A stretch of 64,000 bases of DNA, taken from positions 25,792,001 through 25,856,000 of the forward strand of contig OZ024758.1 of NCBI GenBank assembly GCA_964016885.1, given 5' to 3'. Of the stretch, positions 36,901 through 50,449 are shown one piece after another. The stretch is from Eledone cirrhosa. Its lineage: Eukaryota. Position 1 is the stretch's first letter, and every line of letters starts with the position of its first letter. The notes beneath the pieces are model-generated. The model had not been told where the DNA came from. It did no database searches and saw only the letters and a program-made list of their open reading frames with translations. Both the position numbers and the translations under genes were made by a program.

Positions 36901-39507
36901 AAAGGTATATTCAGCTCGAAATAGCAGATAAATCTACCTTATTGGCTTACAAAAGACATATTCAGCTAGAAATGGCAGATAAATCTACCTTATTGGCTTA
37001 CAAAAGACATATTCAGCTAGAAATGGCAGATAAATCTAACTTATTGGCTTACAAAATACATATTCAGCTAGAAATGGCAGATAAATCTAACTTATTGGCT
37101 TACAAAAGACATATTCAGCTAGAAATGGCAGATAAATCTACCTTATTGGCTTACAAAAGACATATTCAGCTAGAAATGGCAGATAAATCTACCTTATTGG
37201 CTTACAAAAGACATATTCAGTTAGAAATGGCAGATAAATCTAACTTATTGGCTTACAAAAGACATATTCAGCTAGAAATGGCAGATAAATCTACCTTATT
37301 GGCTTACAAAAGACATATTCAGCTAGAAATGGCAGATAAATCTAACTTATTGGCTTACAAAAGACATAGTCAGCTAGAAATGGCAGATAAATCTACCTTA
37401 TTGGCTTACAAAAGGTATATTCAGCTAGAAATAGCAGATAAATCTACCTTATTGGCTTAAAAAAGGTATATTCAGCTAGAAATAGCAGATAAATCTACCT
37501 TATTGGCTTACAAAAGGTATATTCAGCTAGAAATAGCAGATAAATCTACCTTATTGGCTTACAAAAGGTATATTCAGCTAGAAATGGCAGATAAATCTAC
37601 CTTATTGGCTTACAAAAGACATATTCAGCTAGAAATAGCAGATAAATCTACCTTATTGGCTTACAAAAGACATATTCAGCTAGAAATGGCAGATAAATCT
37701 ACCTTATTGGCTTACAAAAGACATATTCAGCTAGAAATGGCAGATAAATCTACCTTATTGGCTTACAAAAGGTATATTCAGCTAGAAATAGCAGATAAAT
37801 CTACCTTATTGGCTTAAAAAAGGTATATTCAGCTAGAAATAGCAGATAAATCTACCTTATTGGCTTACAAAAGACATATTCAGCTAGAAATGGCAGATAA
37901 ATCTACCTTATTGGCTTACAAAAGGTATATTCAGCTAGAAATAGCAGATAAATCTACCTTATTGGCTTAAAAAAGGTATATTCAGCTAGAAATAGCAGAT
38001 AAATCTACCTTATTGGCTTAAAAAAGGTATATTCAGTTAGAAATGGCAGATAAATCTACCTTATTGGCTTAAAAAAGGTATATTCAGCTCGAAATAGCAG
38101 ATAAATCTACCTTATTGGCTTACAAAAGACATATTCAGCTAGAAATGGCAGATAAATCTACCTTATTGGCTTACAAAAGACATATTCAGCTAGAAATGGC
38201 AGATAAATCTAACTTATTGGCTTACAAAAGACATATTCAGCTAGAAATGGCAGATAAATCTAACTTATTGGCTTACAAAAGACATATTCAGCTAGAAATG
38301 GCAGATAAATCTACCTTATTGGCTTACAAAAGACATATTCAGCTAGAAATGGCAGATAAATCTACCTTATTGGCTTACAAAAGACATATTCAGTTAGAAA
38401 TGGCAGATAAATCTAACTTATTGGCTTACAAAAGACATATTCAGCTAGAAATGGCAGATAAATCTACCTTATTGGCTTACAAAAGACATATTCAGCTAGA
38501 AATGGCAGATAAATCTAACTTATTGGCTTACAAAAGACATATTCAGCTAGAAATGGCAGATAAATCTACCTTATTGGCTTACAAAAGGTATATTCAGCTA
38601 GAAATAGCAGATAAATCTACCTTATTGGCTTAAAAAAGGTATATTCAGCTAGAAATGGCAGATAAATCTACCTTATTGGCTTACAAAAGGTATATTCAGC
38701 TAGAAATAGCAGATAAATCTACCTTATTGGCTTACAAAAGGTATATTAAGCTAGAAATGGCAGATAAATCTACCTTATTGGCTTACAAAAGGTATATTCA
38801 GCTAGAAATAGCAGATAAATCTACCTTATTGGCTTACAAAAGACATATTCATCTAGAAATGGCAGATAAATCTACCTTATTGGCTTACAAAAGACATATT
38901 CAGCTCGAAATGGCAGATAAATCTACCTTATTGGCTTACAAAAGGTATATTCAGCTAGAAATGGCAGATAAATCTACCTTATTGGCTTACAAAAGACATA
39001 TTCAGTTAGAAATAGCAGATAAATCTACCTTATTGGCTTACAAAAGACATATTCATCTAGAAATGGCAGATAAATCTACCTTATTGGCTTACAAAAGACA
39101 TATTCAGCTCGAAATGGCAGATAAATCTACCTTATTGGCTTACAAAAGGTATATTCAGCTAGAAATGGCAGATAAATCTACCTTATTGGCTTACAAAAGA
39201 CATATTCAGTTAGAAATAGCAGATAAATCTACCTTATTGGCTTACAAAAGACATATTCAGCTAGAAATGGCAGATAAATCTACCTTATTGGCTTACAAAA
39301 GGTATATTCAGCTAGAAATGGCAGATAAATCTACCTTATTGGCTTACAAAAGGTATATTCAGCTAGAAATGGCAGATAAATCTACCTTATTGGCTTACAA
39401 AAGACATATTCAGCTAGAAATGGCAGATAAATCTACCTTATTGGCTTACAAAAGACATATTCAGCTAGAAATGGCAGATAAATCTACCTTATTGGCTTAC
39501 AAAAGGC
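33958..39507. repeat. 51-bp satellite (~109 units)
   Basis: Unit GGCTTACAAAAGACATATTCAGCTAGAAATGGCAGATAAATCTACCTTATT. Confidence 0.98.
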
Positions 39508-39769
39508 ATATTCTATTATAGGAATATTAAATCAACCATAGTACTTTACTGGTGCTTATTTTATTGACACTAGAAAGATGAAAGGCAAAATGAATCTCAA
39601 AGAAATTTAAACTCAGAACGTAATGTACTTTAACAAAATACTGTCTGATGTTCAAACAATTTTTACAATTCACTGCCACTAAATAATGTTGTCAGCATTG
39701 TTCTATACTTGAAAATATATGAGCATGGCCATAACCTTCTGTTAGTCATCAGGGAGGCTTGTTTGATTG

Positions 39770-40365
39770 TTTGATGATGAGTGGTGGTGGTTTGCGGTGG
39801 TGGTCGGTAGTGGTGGTGGTAGTGACGATGATGATGATGATGGTGGTGGTGATGGTGGTGGTGATGATGATGGTGATGATGGTGATGGTAATGATGGTGG
39901 TGATGGTGGTGATGATGGTGGTGGTGGTGATGGTGGTGGTGATGATGATGGTGATGATGATGGTGGTGATGGTGGTGGTGGTGGTAATGATGGTGATGAT
40001 GGTGGTGGTAATGATGGTGATGATGGTGATGGTGATGATGGCGGTGGTGGTGATGATGGTGGTGGTGGTGGTGATGATGGTGATGGTGATGGTGGTGGTG
40101 GTGTTGATGGTGGTGGTGGTGTTGATGATGGTGGTGGTGGTGGTGGTGATAGTGTTGATGATGGTAATGGTGGTGGTGATGGTGGTGATGATGATGATGG
40201 TGATGGTGATGGTGATGGTGGTGGTGGTGGTGATGGTGATGATGGTGGTGGTGATGGTGATGGTGGTGGTGGTGATAGTGTTGATGATGGTGGTGATGAT
40301 GGTGATGGTGGTGGTGGTGTTGATGATGGTGGTGGTGGTGATGATGATGATGGTGGTGGTGGTGA
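39770..40365. repeat. (GGT/GAT)n repeat
   Basis: Direct reading of the sequence. Confidence 0.95.
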
Positions 40366-40499
40366 TCGAAAATATGAAGAGAAAGAGGCTACCAAAAAAG
40401 AGCCAATTCTGAAGAGGAAAATTAAGTGAAGTGGTTATAAAAACGGAGATAAGACCTAATGGGTTTTACAAGATGAGGCAGCACAGATATATTGAATGG

Positions 40500-40536
<37 letters not shown>

Positions 40537-40664
40537 GGGGGGGGGGGGGGTGGGAGGAGTGATATATATTTGAACTATAGGTATATATTTATAAAAAACA
40601 CCTGAAGATGATTGTGAAGTATGCAGGTTGGAAAGGTGATAGAAATATAAAAATATATAAGTAT

Positions 40665-41210
40665 CATCATCTTCGTTTAACGTCCATCTCCCACGCTAGC
40701 ATGGGTTAGGCGGGAGTTGTCCCACTTGAGGCAAGGTTGGTCGGGTGACCATGTTTCGCTCATATAGGACTATCTGGCAGTTTTTCTACGGCTGGATGCC
40801 CTTCCTAACAGTGTGGAACTGGAAACTTTTTACCGTGTTACCTACACGGTCACATTACGGCTGACCATGTCTTGCTCATACGGGAACTGATTCTGGCTTG
40901 ATTTCTACAGCTCGATGCCCTTCCTAACACCAACCGCATTTACAGTGAGTGCTGGGTGCTTTTTTCCGTGGCGCCTACACGTCCACTTTACAGTGTGGGC
41001 TGGGTGCTTTTTTGCCGTGGCACCTCCACGACCACTTTACAGTGGAATGATAGGGACCCCAGTCCTATCATCTCATTTCTACAGCTGAGTAAACTGGAGC
41101 AATGTGAAATAAAGTGTCTTGCTCAAGGACACAACACATCACCCAGTCCGAGTATTGAACTCACCTTTTGATTGCAAGGCCAATGCTCTACCACTAAGCC
41201 ATGTGCCTCC
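40665..41210 (-). mobile_element. Chimera of a SINE A head and body with a family B tail
   Basis: 40880-41210 matches family A; 40665-40880 matches the family B 3' end. Confidence 0.75.
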
Positions 41211-41241
41211 ATAGTATATATAATATATATTATATAATATA

Positions 41242-41861
41242 TTAGCGGTGGTACCCGGCGTTGCACAGGATATGGTATTTTGGAACACGGGCCGCCAATA
41301 GACCTAATCGTGGAAAAACTGCATGCCTGGACAATATGTAAAGAAAATAAACCGAATACTCTGACGGTTGGATAATCTTTAAGATTTTCCTCGATGAAGC
41401 AGGAAAAATGCAGGTTTTCACCTAATGTGGGCCCTAGGGAATCAAGAAAATGAATTTTTTTATGTGCATAATATGCCTTGAAATTTCGGGAAAATCGGCT
41501 AGACGCAACGCCTCAAAAAAGCCCTAAAAAGCTGGAAAAAATGCAGTTTTCCAGCTAATGCCATAAAAAAGTTGGATTTTCTTTGCTCACGGTATGGAGA
41601 AGAGACTGACTAATACATAGTTACAATTTCAAGGAAATCGGTCTGACGTAACGCCTCAAAAAACCCCTAAAAAGCTGAAAAAACGCAGTTTTTTACCTAA
41701 TGGATCAAAAAGTTGAATTGCTTTATGTGCATAACACTCCCTGAAACATAAGTAATACACATGTAAAGTTTGAAAAAAATCGGTTGGCTACTTCTCGAGT
41801 TTTAGGGATTCAAACTCACAGACACACACACACACAGACAGACATCCTCTATATATATAGA
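41242..41861 (-). mobile_element. Non-autonomous Helitron-like element
   Basis: The minus strand starts A|TC and ends with a hairpin (CCTGTGCAACGCCGGG) plus CTAA|T. (CAGA)n lies near the 5' end and there is no TSD. Confidence 0.65.
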
Positions 41862-42117
41862 TAAGTAAACATAATATTTTATAATATACTAGCAGAATGG
41901 CCCGGCGTTGCTCGGGATTTGCTCTATTGTTCTTATATATTTGATATATATATATATATATATATTTGATATATATATTTATCCTTATCGAGCCTCGTGA
42001 AATAAATACGTTTGTTTATATTTTGTTATTGTATATGCAAAAATATCTGTACACGAATATATAATTATATATATATATTATATATATAAATATATATATA
42101 TTAAAATAACAGATTAA

Positions 42118-42168
42118 AGTTTAAGCAAAGAATCGCTGCTTTCACTCTTAACGAGATCTTCTGAAACT
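42118..42168 (-). ncRNA. Hammerhead motif (U4A variant)
   Basis: agttt-CAGAAGA-t ctc gttaa gag t-GAAA-gca gcgattctt tgc-TT-aaact. Confidence 0.6.
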
Positions 42169-42237
42169 AAAAAAAATCAATCTGTGAACGCAGAAGTAAA
42201 TATTTTGAAAAACGTTACACACTATATACACATATAT

Positions 42238-42846
42238 ATCATCATCATCATCATCATCATCATTTTACGTCCGCTTTTCCCTGCTTGCAAGGGTGGGACG
42301 GGTCTTATTCAGCACAGCATCTCTCCACTCGTCACGGTCCCTCGTCATCTCCACCGTGAGCTTCAATGATCTGAGGTCTGTTCTCACCACCTCCGCCCAT
42401 GTTTTTCGTGGTCTACCTCTACTACGTCTTCCTTCAACTGGCATTTCCTGGCACTTCTTCACCCATCGGTCATCCTCCATGCGCATCACATGTCCATACC
42501 ACCTCAGTCTCCTCTCCCGTACACTACATTCTATCCCTCTCAGACACAGTTTCTCTCTCAACACATTTATGCTGGGTCGTTCACGCACATTTACACTGCA
42601 CATCCAACGGAGCATGCTTGCCTCATTTCTCTCCAGCCGTCGCATATCTTCTGCGGTAGCTGCCCATGTCTCACTACCATGCAGCATCGCGCTCCTCACA
42701 CAGGCATCATACAACCGGCCTTTCGTACGCAGGGAGAAACCCTTCTTCGTCAACAGAGGAAGCAGCTCCCTAAACTTCTTCCAACCCGTCCTTATTCTAG
42801 ATACTATGGCCTCGGAACACCCTCCTCCCATGCTAATCTGATCTCC
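42238..42846 (-). mobile_element. RTE-clade LINE 3' fragment (open frame, 5'-truncated)
   Basis: Encodes RIRTGWKKFRELLPLL...LYDACVRSAMLHGSETWA...RRLRWYGHVMRM...RGRPRKTW, with a (TGA)n tail. Confidence 0.92.
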
Positions 42847-43273
42847 TATATATATACACACACACACAGCTACGTCATAATGGCATAATGCAGATAGCCA
42901 AACATACAGACAGACATTATACGAGCGCAACGTTATATCTATGTATCTATCTAAAAAGAAAGACTAAGAGAGAGAGAGAGAGAGAAATCGCTAAATCGCC
43001 TAATGCGGGTCCCTAGGGCATTGAAAATTTTAAATTTTTGGGGCTGAAAACACTCACAGGACCATAAGTATTACATGTGTAAAGTTTGAAAACAATCAGT
43101 TGGGTGGTTCTCGAGTTTTCGGGAGCTGACAGACAGACAGACATTCTCTGTTTTAGATATAAAGATAAGTATATATAATAGATTACAATATAATATATAT
43201 ATAATAAATAAGTATATATAATATATTATAATACAATATATAAGTATATATAATATATATTATATAATATGAT

Positions 43274-43668
43274 GGAGGCACATGGCTTAGTGGTTAGAGC
43301 ATTGGGCTTGCAATCGAAAGGTTGTGAGTTCAATTCTCAGACCGAGTGATGTGTTGTTTCCTTGAGCACAACACTTTATTTCATATTGCTCCAGTTTACT
43401 CAGCTGTAGAAATGAGATGATAGGACTGGGGTCCCTATCATTCCACTGCAAAGTGGTCGTGGGGGTGCCACGGAAAAAAAAGCACCCAGCCCACACTGTA
43501 AAGTGGACATGTAGGCACCACGGGAATAAAAAGCACCCAGCACTCACTGTAAATGAGGTTGGTGTTAGGAAGGGCATCCAGCTGTAGAAATCAAGCCAGA
43601 ATCAGTTCCCGTCCCACCCTTGCAAGCAGGGTAAAATGAAATGATGATGATGATGATGATGAAATGAT
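43274..43668 (+). mobile_element. SINE family A
   Basis: Full copy. Confidence 0.9.
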
Positions 43669-44149
43669 AAATATATAAGTAAACATAATATTTTATAATA
43701 TATAAGTATATATAATATATTACAATATAATATAATATATATTATATAATATATAAGTATATATAATATATAAGTATACATAATATTTTATAATATATAA
43801 GTATATATAATATATTACAATATAATATAATATATATTATATAATATATAAGTATATATAATATATAAGTATACATAATATTTTATAATATATAAGTATA
43901 TATAATATATTACAATATAATATAATATATATTATATAACATATAAGTATATATAATATATAAGTATACATAATATATTATAATATAATATATATTATAT
44001 AGTATATAAGTATACTGATAAAAATATAAAGGCATTAGGTATATAGGAGTATCTGTGTGGCAGTAGGTATCATATATTTGTAATATAGACATATTTATTT
44101 TTAAAAACCTGAAGTCTATTGTGAAGTATAGAGATTGGAAATATCCTGA

Positions 44150-44496
44150 TCATCATCATCATTCATCATTTCATTTTACGTCCACTTTTCCCTGCTTGCA
44201 AGGGTGGGACGGGAACTGATTCTGGCTTGATTTCTACAGCTGGATGCCCTTCCTAACACCAACCTCATTTACAGTGAGTGCTGGGTGCTTTTTTGCTGTG
44301 GCACCTCCACGACCACTTTGCAGTGGAATGATAGGGACCCCAGTCCCTATCATCTCATTTCTACAGCTGAGTAAACTGGAGCAATGTGAAATAAAGTGTC
44401 TTGCTCAAGGAAACAACACATCACCCGGTCTGAGAATTGAACTCACAACCTTTCGATTGCAAGGCCAATGCTCTAACCACTAAGCCATCTGCCTCC
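44150..44496 (-). mobile_element. SINE family A
   Basis: Full copy, inverted relative to 43274. Confidence 0.9.
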
Positions 44497-44669
44497 ATAT
44501 AGAAATATAGAAATATAGAAATATAGAAATATATCAGTTGACGATCTAATCTAATCAATATGTTTTCCATGTGAAAAAGTCAGACATGCAACTTAATACA
44601 GGCATGGCTAGATAAAACATAAATATGTGTTAGACTATCTGGTGAATTAAAGTAATTTCAAGAAACAAG

Positions 44670-46560
44670 CAGGGTAGAGAGGTAGAGGGTGGAGAGAGAG
44701 GGGGGTGATGGGTATAGAGGGGGTATAGAGAGGGACGGGGTAGGTGTGGTATAGGGGGTAGAGGGGTCGAGGTGTGGGGGGGGTGAGTAGAGAGGGATTG
44801 TTGAGGGGGTATAGAGGGAGTGTAGAGTGGTATAGAAGGATGGGAGAGGGGGCAGGGGGTAGAGAGGGAGGGGGAGAGGGGTAGGGGGTAGAGGGGGGAG
44901 AGGGGTAGAGGGGGAGAGGGGGCAGGGGGTAGAGAGGGAGGGGGAGGGGTGTAGAGAGATGTAGAAATATATATATATATATAGAGAGAGAGAGGTAGAA
45001 AGAGAAAGAAAGGTAGAGAGGGAGAAAGCAGAGGTAGAGAGAGGAAGGTAGAGACAGAGTGAGGGAGGGGGAGAGAAAAAAGTAGAGGGGAGAGGAGGAG
45101 AGAGGTAGAGGGGAGGGGGGAGAGAGGTAGAGGGGAGGGGGGCAGGGAGAGGTAGAGTGTGGTATAAGTAAGATGAGAGTTTTGTTTTATGTGAGAGGGA
45201 GAGTGTGTGTGTGTGTATGAGTGTGTGTGTGAGAGAGCTTGTGTGAGTGTGTGAGAGAGGGAGAGTGTGTATGTGTGTGTGAGTGTGTGTGAGTGAGAGA
45301 GAGCTTGTGTGAGTGTGTGAGAGAAAGGGAGTGTGTATGTGTGTGTATGAGTGGGTGTGAGAGTGAGAGAGAGCTTGTGCGAGTGTGTGAGAGAAAGGGA
45401 GAGTGTGTATGTGTGTGTATGAGTGGGTGTGAGAGTGAGAGAGAGCTTGTGCGAGTGTGTGTGAGAGAGGGAGAGTGTGTATGTGTGTGTATGAGTGTGT
45501 GTGAGAGAGAGCTTGTGTGAGTGTGTGTAAGAGAGGGAGAGTGTGTATGTGTGTGTGTGAGTGTGTGTGTGTGAGAGAGCTTGTGTGTGTGTGAGAGAGG
45601 GAGAGTGTGTATGTGTGTGTATGAGTGGGTGAGAGTGGGTGAGAGTGAGAGAGAGCTTGAGAGAGCTTGTGTGAGTGTGTGTGAGAGAGGGAGAGTGTGT
45701 ATGTGTGTATGAGTGGGTGTGAGAGTGAGAGAGAGCTTGTGTGAGTGTGTGAGAGAGGGAGAGTGTGTATGTGTGTGAGTGTGTATGTGTGTGTGTGAGT
45801 GTGTGTGTATGAGAGAGAGCTTGTGTGAGTGTGTGAGAGAGGGAGAGTGTGTATGTGTGTGTGAGTGTGTATGTGTGTGTGTGTGTGTGAGTGTGTGTGT
45901 GTGAGAGAGAGCTTGTGAGTGAGAGAGAGAGGGAGAGTGTACATGTGTGTGTGAGTGGGTGTGAGAGAGAGAGAGTGTGTGTGAGTGTGTATGAGTGTGT
46001 GTGAGAGAGAGAGAGAGCTTGTGTGAGTGTGTGTGAGAGAGAGAGAGTGTGTGACTGAGCTTATGTGAGTGAGTGTGTGTGAGTGTGTGAGCATGGGTGT
46101 GTGTGTATGTGAGCATGTGTGTGAGTGTGTGAGCATGTCTGTATGAGAGAGAGAGAAAGTGTATGTCTGTGTAAGAGAGAGAGAGTGAGTGAGAGAGAGA
46201 GTGTGTGTGTGAGTATGTCTGTGTAAGAGAGAAAGTGAGAGAGAGAGAGAGAGAGTGTGTGTGTGTGTGAGTATGTCTGTGTAAGAGAGAGAGAGAGAGT
46301 GAGAGAGAGGGTGCATGTGTGAGTATGTCTGTGTAAGAGAGAGAGAGAGTGAGTGAGTGAGAGAGAGTGTGTGTGTGAGTATGTCTGTGTAAGAGAGAGA
46401 GAGTGAGTGAGTGAGAAAGTGTGTGTGTGAGTATGTCTGTGTAAGAGAGAGGTTGTGTGTGAGTGTGTGAGTATGTAAGAGAGAGAGAGAGAGAGAGTCG
46501 GTGTGTGTGTGTGAGTATGTCTGTGTGTGATAGAGAGAGAGAGAGAGGGAGAGAGAGAGA
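44670..46560. repeat. G/A-rich then (GT/GA) compound low-complexity tract
   Basis: Direct reading of the sequence. Confidence 0.9.
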
Positions 46561-46860
46561 GTCATCACCAATTTACATCTATTTTCCATGTTTGCATGAA
46601 TTTGACAAGCTGGTCAGACAACTGTCTCTTGATCATACATTTGATTTTGGAATGATTCCTACAGTTAGATACTCTTCCTATTCCCAACCCCTTCATGGTG
46701 TATACTAGGTTTGTTTTCTTGGGGTACCACTTGCCCACTCTCATTCAGATCGATCGAGTGGAGTGGACTTCATTAAATCAGAACAAGGATGCAATATTTC
46801 CATTGGTCTTTCCATTGCTGATACTATCTCCCCGTCACAACTATACATATATATATACGT

Positions 46861-47343
46861 TCTGAGCGAGGTAGTAAAGCCCTGGATTGACCAGGTAGCT
46901 GCAGGTAGGCCGTACGTGTAGCAGCAAGACTCAGCACCCTACCATACCAGCCGAAAGACCCAAGCCTGGCTGTCAGAGAACTTCGTCGGCCACACTTCAC
47001 CTGACATCTGGCCTCCCAGCTCGCCTGACTGCAACCCCTTCGACTTCTTTGTGTGGGGCGCAGTGGAACGAGACACCAACAGATCTAGCTGCAATACGAA
47101 AGACGATCTGAAGGCCAGGATCACAAGTGCCTTTAGGGGCCTAAGTGACGAAGGCCTGTAGCCGGTTCCGAGGCCGCCTTGAGGCCGTCACCAAAGCCAA
47201 TGGCGGGTTTATTGAGTGAGATCGAAAGAACAAGTCATGAAGAGAAACTGACCCAAGTTTGATAAATAAATCTTTAAAAATAAAACTACTGTGTTACTTT
47301 TTCCTAGACAGTAATCTTGCGAACAAATATTGCCCGCACCCTG
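46861..47343 (+). mobile_element. Tc1/mariner DD37D (maT-type) transposase relic with right end
   Basis: Encodes YV*QQDSAPYHTSRKTQAWLSENFVGHTSPDIWPPSSPDCNPFDFFVW, with 37 residues between the second and third catalytic D. Has a stop and a frameshift, and ends CACCCTG. Confidence 0.85.
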
Positions 47344-47345
47344 TG

Positions 47346-47381
<36 letters not shown>

Positions 47382-47446
47382 GACATACACAGACATGTAT
47401 GTATATAACCCATGCTAGCGTGGAAGAACGGTGATGATGATGATGA

Positions 47447-47477
<31 letters not shown>

Positions 47478-47484
<7 letters not shown>

Positions 47485-47596
47485 GTGAGGTTTTTTTACA
47501 AAATGAAAAATAACCGAGGGTCCTACACGAGTGAAAGTATAAAGAAAAAAAGATGAAATCGAAAATGCAACATTTTCGATTTCATCTTTTTTTCTT

Positions 47597-47600
<4 letters not shown>
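47478..47600 (-). mobile_element. Short fold-back insert in (TA)n with no hammerhead core retained
   Basis: Arms TATAAAGAAAAAAAGATGAAATCGAAAATG and CATTTTCGATTTCATCTTTTTTTCTTTATA, plus a unique tail. Confidence 0.55.
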
Positions 47601-47630
<30 letters not shown>

Positions 47631-49074
47631 CACCTCTCCATCTCTTATTGCTTTTAAATTTATTGAATTATATGAAATTACCTTATGCCATTTAATTCAA
47701 TATGACATGCATTGAACAGCCAATATAACCTAATGATTGAATTATTCCAAGTCCTTAGCAATGAATATATCAATTTTAAGGAAGCTTTAACAGATATATG
47801 ATCAATATAACATTCAATTAACTTGTTTCATCATGGTCGTTTTAACATCTGATTTTCCTGCTAGCGAGTTACTAAATATAATTCATATAGATATTCTGAT
47901 GTCTGAGTTTTTGTTGGTGAGGCTCAACACAGAAGGAGAATGTGTTAAAAGTAGACTACATATAAAATAGACTACATAAAAATAGACTCCATATAAGTAT
48001 AATAGTGAAAGAATGAAAAGTAACATGGTTGGCTGTACAATAAGGGGCTTTATTTCAAGTACTGACAATTGTCTCATTGATCAGGTGAGTCTAGAGGTCG
48101 CTAATTGCTTGAAGTTGCGTCACTCGAACTTGTTATCCCATATACTAAGTATAATTTAGATATCAACACTGTATTCCTTTTGAAAATATGATGATATTAT
48201 ATACATGATATTATTTGTGATAATAATTGTTTCTATTTTTGGCACAGGGCCAGCAATTACCCCAGTGCATTACTGGTACTTTATTTTATCGATCCCTTAA
48301 TGATGAAAGGCAAAGTTAACCTTGGCGGGATTTGAATTCAGACCGTAAAGAGCCGAAACTCTATGCTGCAAGGCATGACGTCTGACCCTCTACCAATACT
48401 GGCAAATGACAACTATAATGACCGGCAATAATAATGTTTTTTAAAAAAGGGAGGGAGGGGGGAGGACACAAAGAAAGAAAGAATAGGGAAATATAGAAAA
48501 AAAAGAAAGAAAGAAGAAAAAGAAGGGGAGGGGATGGCAAGAGCTCTGGTGTCGCAGAAGAGAGGGGAGGGGTATTGGGCCTTGGGCCTAGGGCAAGAGG
48601 GCAGAAGTGCTGCGCCCCGCGGACAAGACGGCAAAAGCATTCCCGCGTTTTGATGTTCCCTAGTTTTTTGGTGAGGCTCAACTTATGGGAGAAGAAAAGG
48701 GATGTGTTAAAAATATACTCCATATATACTAAGTATGATTTATATAGATGGTGTTTGTTTTTTTTTGGTAAGGCTCAGTATAGAGAAGAAAAGGGATGTG
48801 TTAAAAATATACTACAAATATACTAAGTACAATTTATATAGATGTTGTGATGTTGTCTGGTTTGGTGAGGGTCAACTTAGGGAAGAAGTAGGATGTGTTA
48901 AGAATATATATCATATACTAAGTATAATTTATATGGATGTTGTCTGGGTTTTTTTAATGAGGCTTAGTATGGAGAAGAAAAGAAAGTATATATCATATAA
49001 ATATACTTTGATAAACTTTGATAGGTTTCGGCTAGTATTAGCCAAAGCCATATCTAACTTAATAGCATCACTAT

Positions 49075-49199
49075 ATAATAATGATAATAATGAAATTATT
49101 GTGTACAGTGCTCAGGTGCACTACAACTCATCAAAGGTGCATGTATAGTACATAGAATAATGTACAAATGTCAGGAAAATGAACAGTGTATGAGTCATG

Positions 49200-49241
<42 letters not shown>

Positions 49242-49338
49242 AATATTGTGTACAGTGCCCAGGTGCACCACAACTCATCAAAAAGTGCATGTACAGTACA
49301 TAGGGCAATGCACAAATATCAGCAAAATGAACAGTGCT
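49075..49338 (-). mobile_element. Two tandem CR1-like 3' tails
   Basis: Match 8290-8520. Confidence 0.7.
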
Positions 49339-49694
49339 ATATACTAAGTATAATTTAACCCTTTAGCATTTACATTACTCTATATATACTATTGTATTTT
49401 CGTGGTAAAGGCTTTATTTCACATAATATTGAATCAATGTGATTTTGATGGTATTTATTTCAAGAACAATACCTTAACAGAGTGGTCAGTTATAGCTGGT
49501 TTGAACAGAAAGAGATCAGAGAATTCTGGCCGGAAAAATGGCTGGTTTAAATGCTAAAGAGTTATATGGATGTTGTTTGATTTTTATTTATGAGGCTCAA
49601 CTTAGGGGAGAAAAAGTAGGATGTGTTAAGAATATACTACATAAACTAAATATAATTTCTATGGATGTTGTCTGTTTTTTTTAGTGAGGGTCAA

Positions 49695-50086
49695 TCATCA
49701 TCATCATCATTTCATTTTACGTCTGCTTTTTCCCTGCTTGCAAGGGTGGGAAGGGAACTGATTCTGGCTTGATTTCTACAGCTGGATGCCCTTCCTAACA
49801 CCAACCTCATTTACAGTGAGTGCTGGGTGCTTTTTTGCTGTGGACCCTACACATCCACTTTACAGTGAGTGCTGGGTGCTTTTTTGCCGTGGCGCCTACA
49901 CGTGCACTTTGCAGTGGAATGATAGGGACCCCAGTCCTATCATCTCATTTCTACAGCTGAGTAAACTGGAGCAATGTGAAATAAAGTGTTTTGCTCAAGG
50001 AAACAACACATCACCCGGTCTGAGAATTAAACTCACAACCTTTCGATTGCAAGGCCAATGCTCTAACCACTAAGCCATGTGCCTCC
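49695..50086 (-). mobile_element. SINE family A
   Basis: Full copy. Confidence 0.9.
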
Positions 50087-50449
50087 ATATTGAGAAGAAA
50101 AATGTCTTAAAAATATATATCATATCTTCTTCCTCGACGAGTCCAGGGTCATCCTAAGCCAGTGATCCCAAAGCAACATCCCTATATATATATCCAGCTA
50201 AATCTGACAGGACCTGCTGGAGGGAGTTTTTGAGGACTCTGCCTCCACAACCCTCAATAATACGTGGGTGAAGAAGATGTTTATATGTTTATAAATATAT
50301 ATAAACATATTAAATATAATTTATATGGTTGTCATCTGTTTTTTTTTTATTTTGTTTTTTTGTGAGGTTCATTATAGAGAAGAAAAAAAGGGATGTGTTA
50401 TCATATAAATATATAAAATATAATTTATATGGGTGTTGTCTGTTTTTTG

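Larger units (their letters stand above)
41889..43165 (-). mobile_element. Helitron-like element enclosing Penelope-like and RTE fragments
   Basis: A|TC at the 5' end; CCCGAGCAACGCCGGG hairpin plus CTAG|T at the 3' end. Confidence 0.6.

Noticed and set aside
34086-39521. Long ORFs with a 17-aa repeat (MADKSTLLAYKRHIQLE)
   Set aside because: The unit is 51 bp, so one frame stays open by arithmetic. TAC-to-TAA/TAG variants are scattered through the array.
40598-40640. CCTGAAGA...GGAAA hammerhead-like remnant (similar at ~44108-44145)
   Set aside because: Stem III and the cleavage triplet cannot be formed; too decayed to call.
39742-46589. Pro/Ser-, Gly/Asp- and His/Thr-rich ORFs
   Set aside because: Simple-repeat translations.
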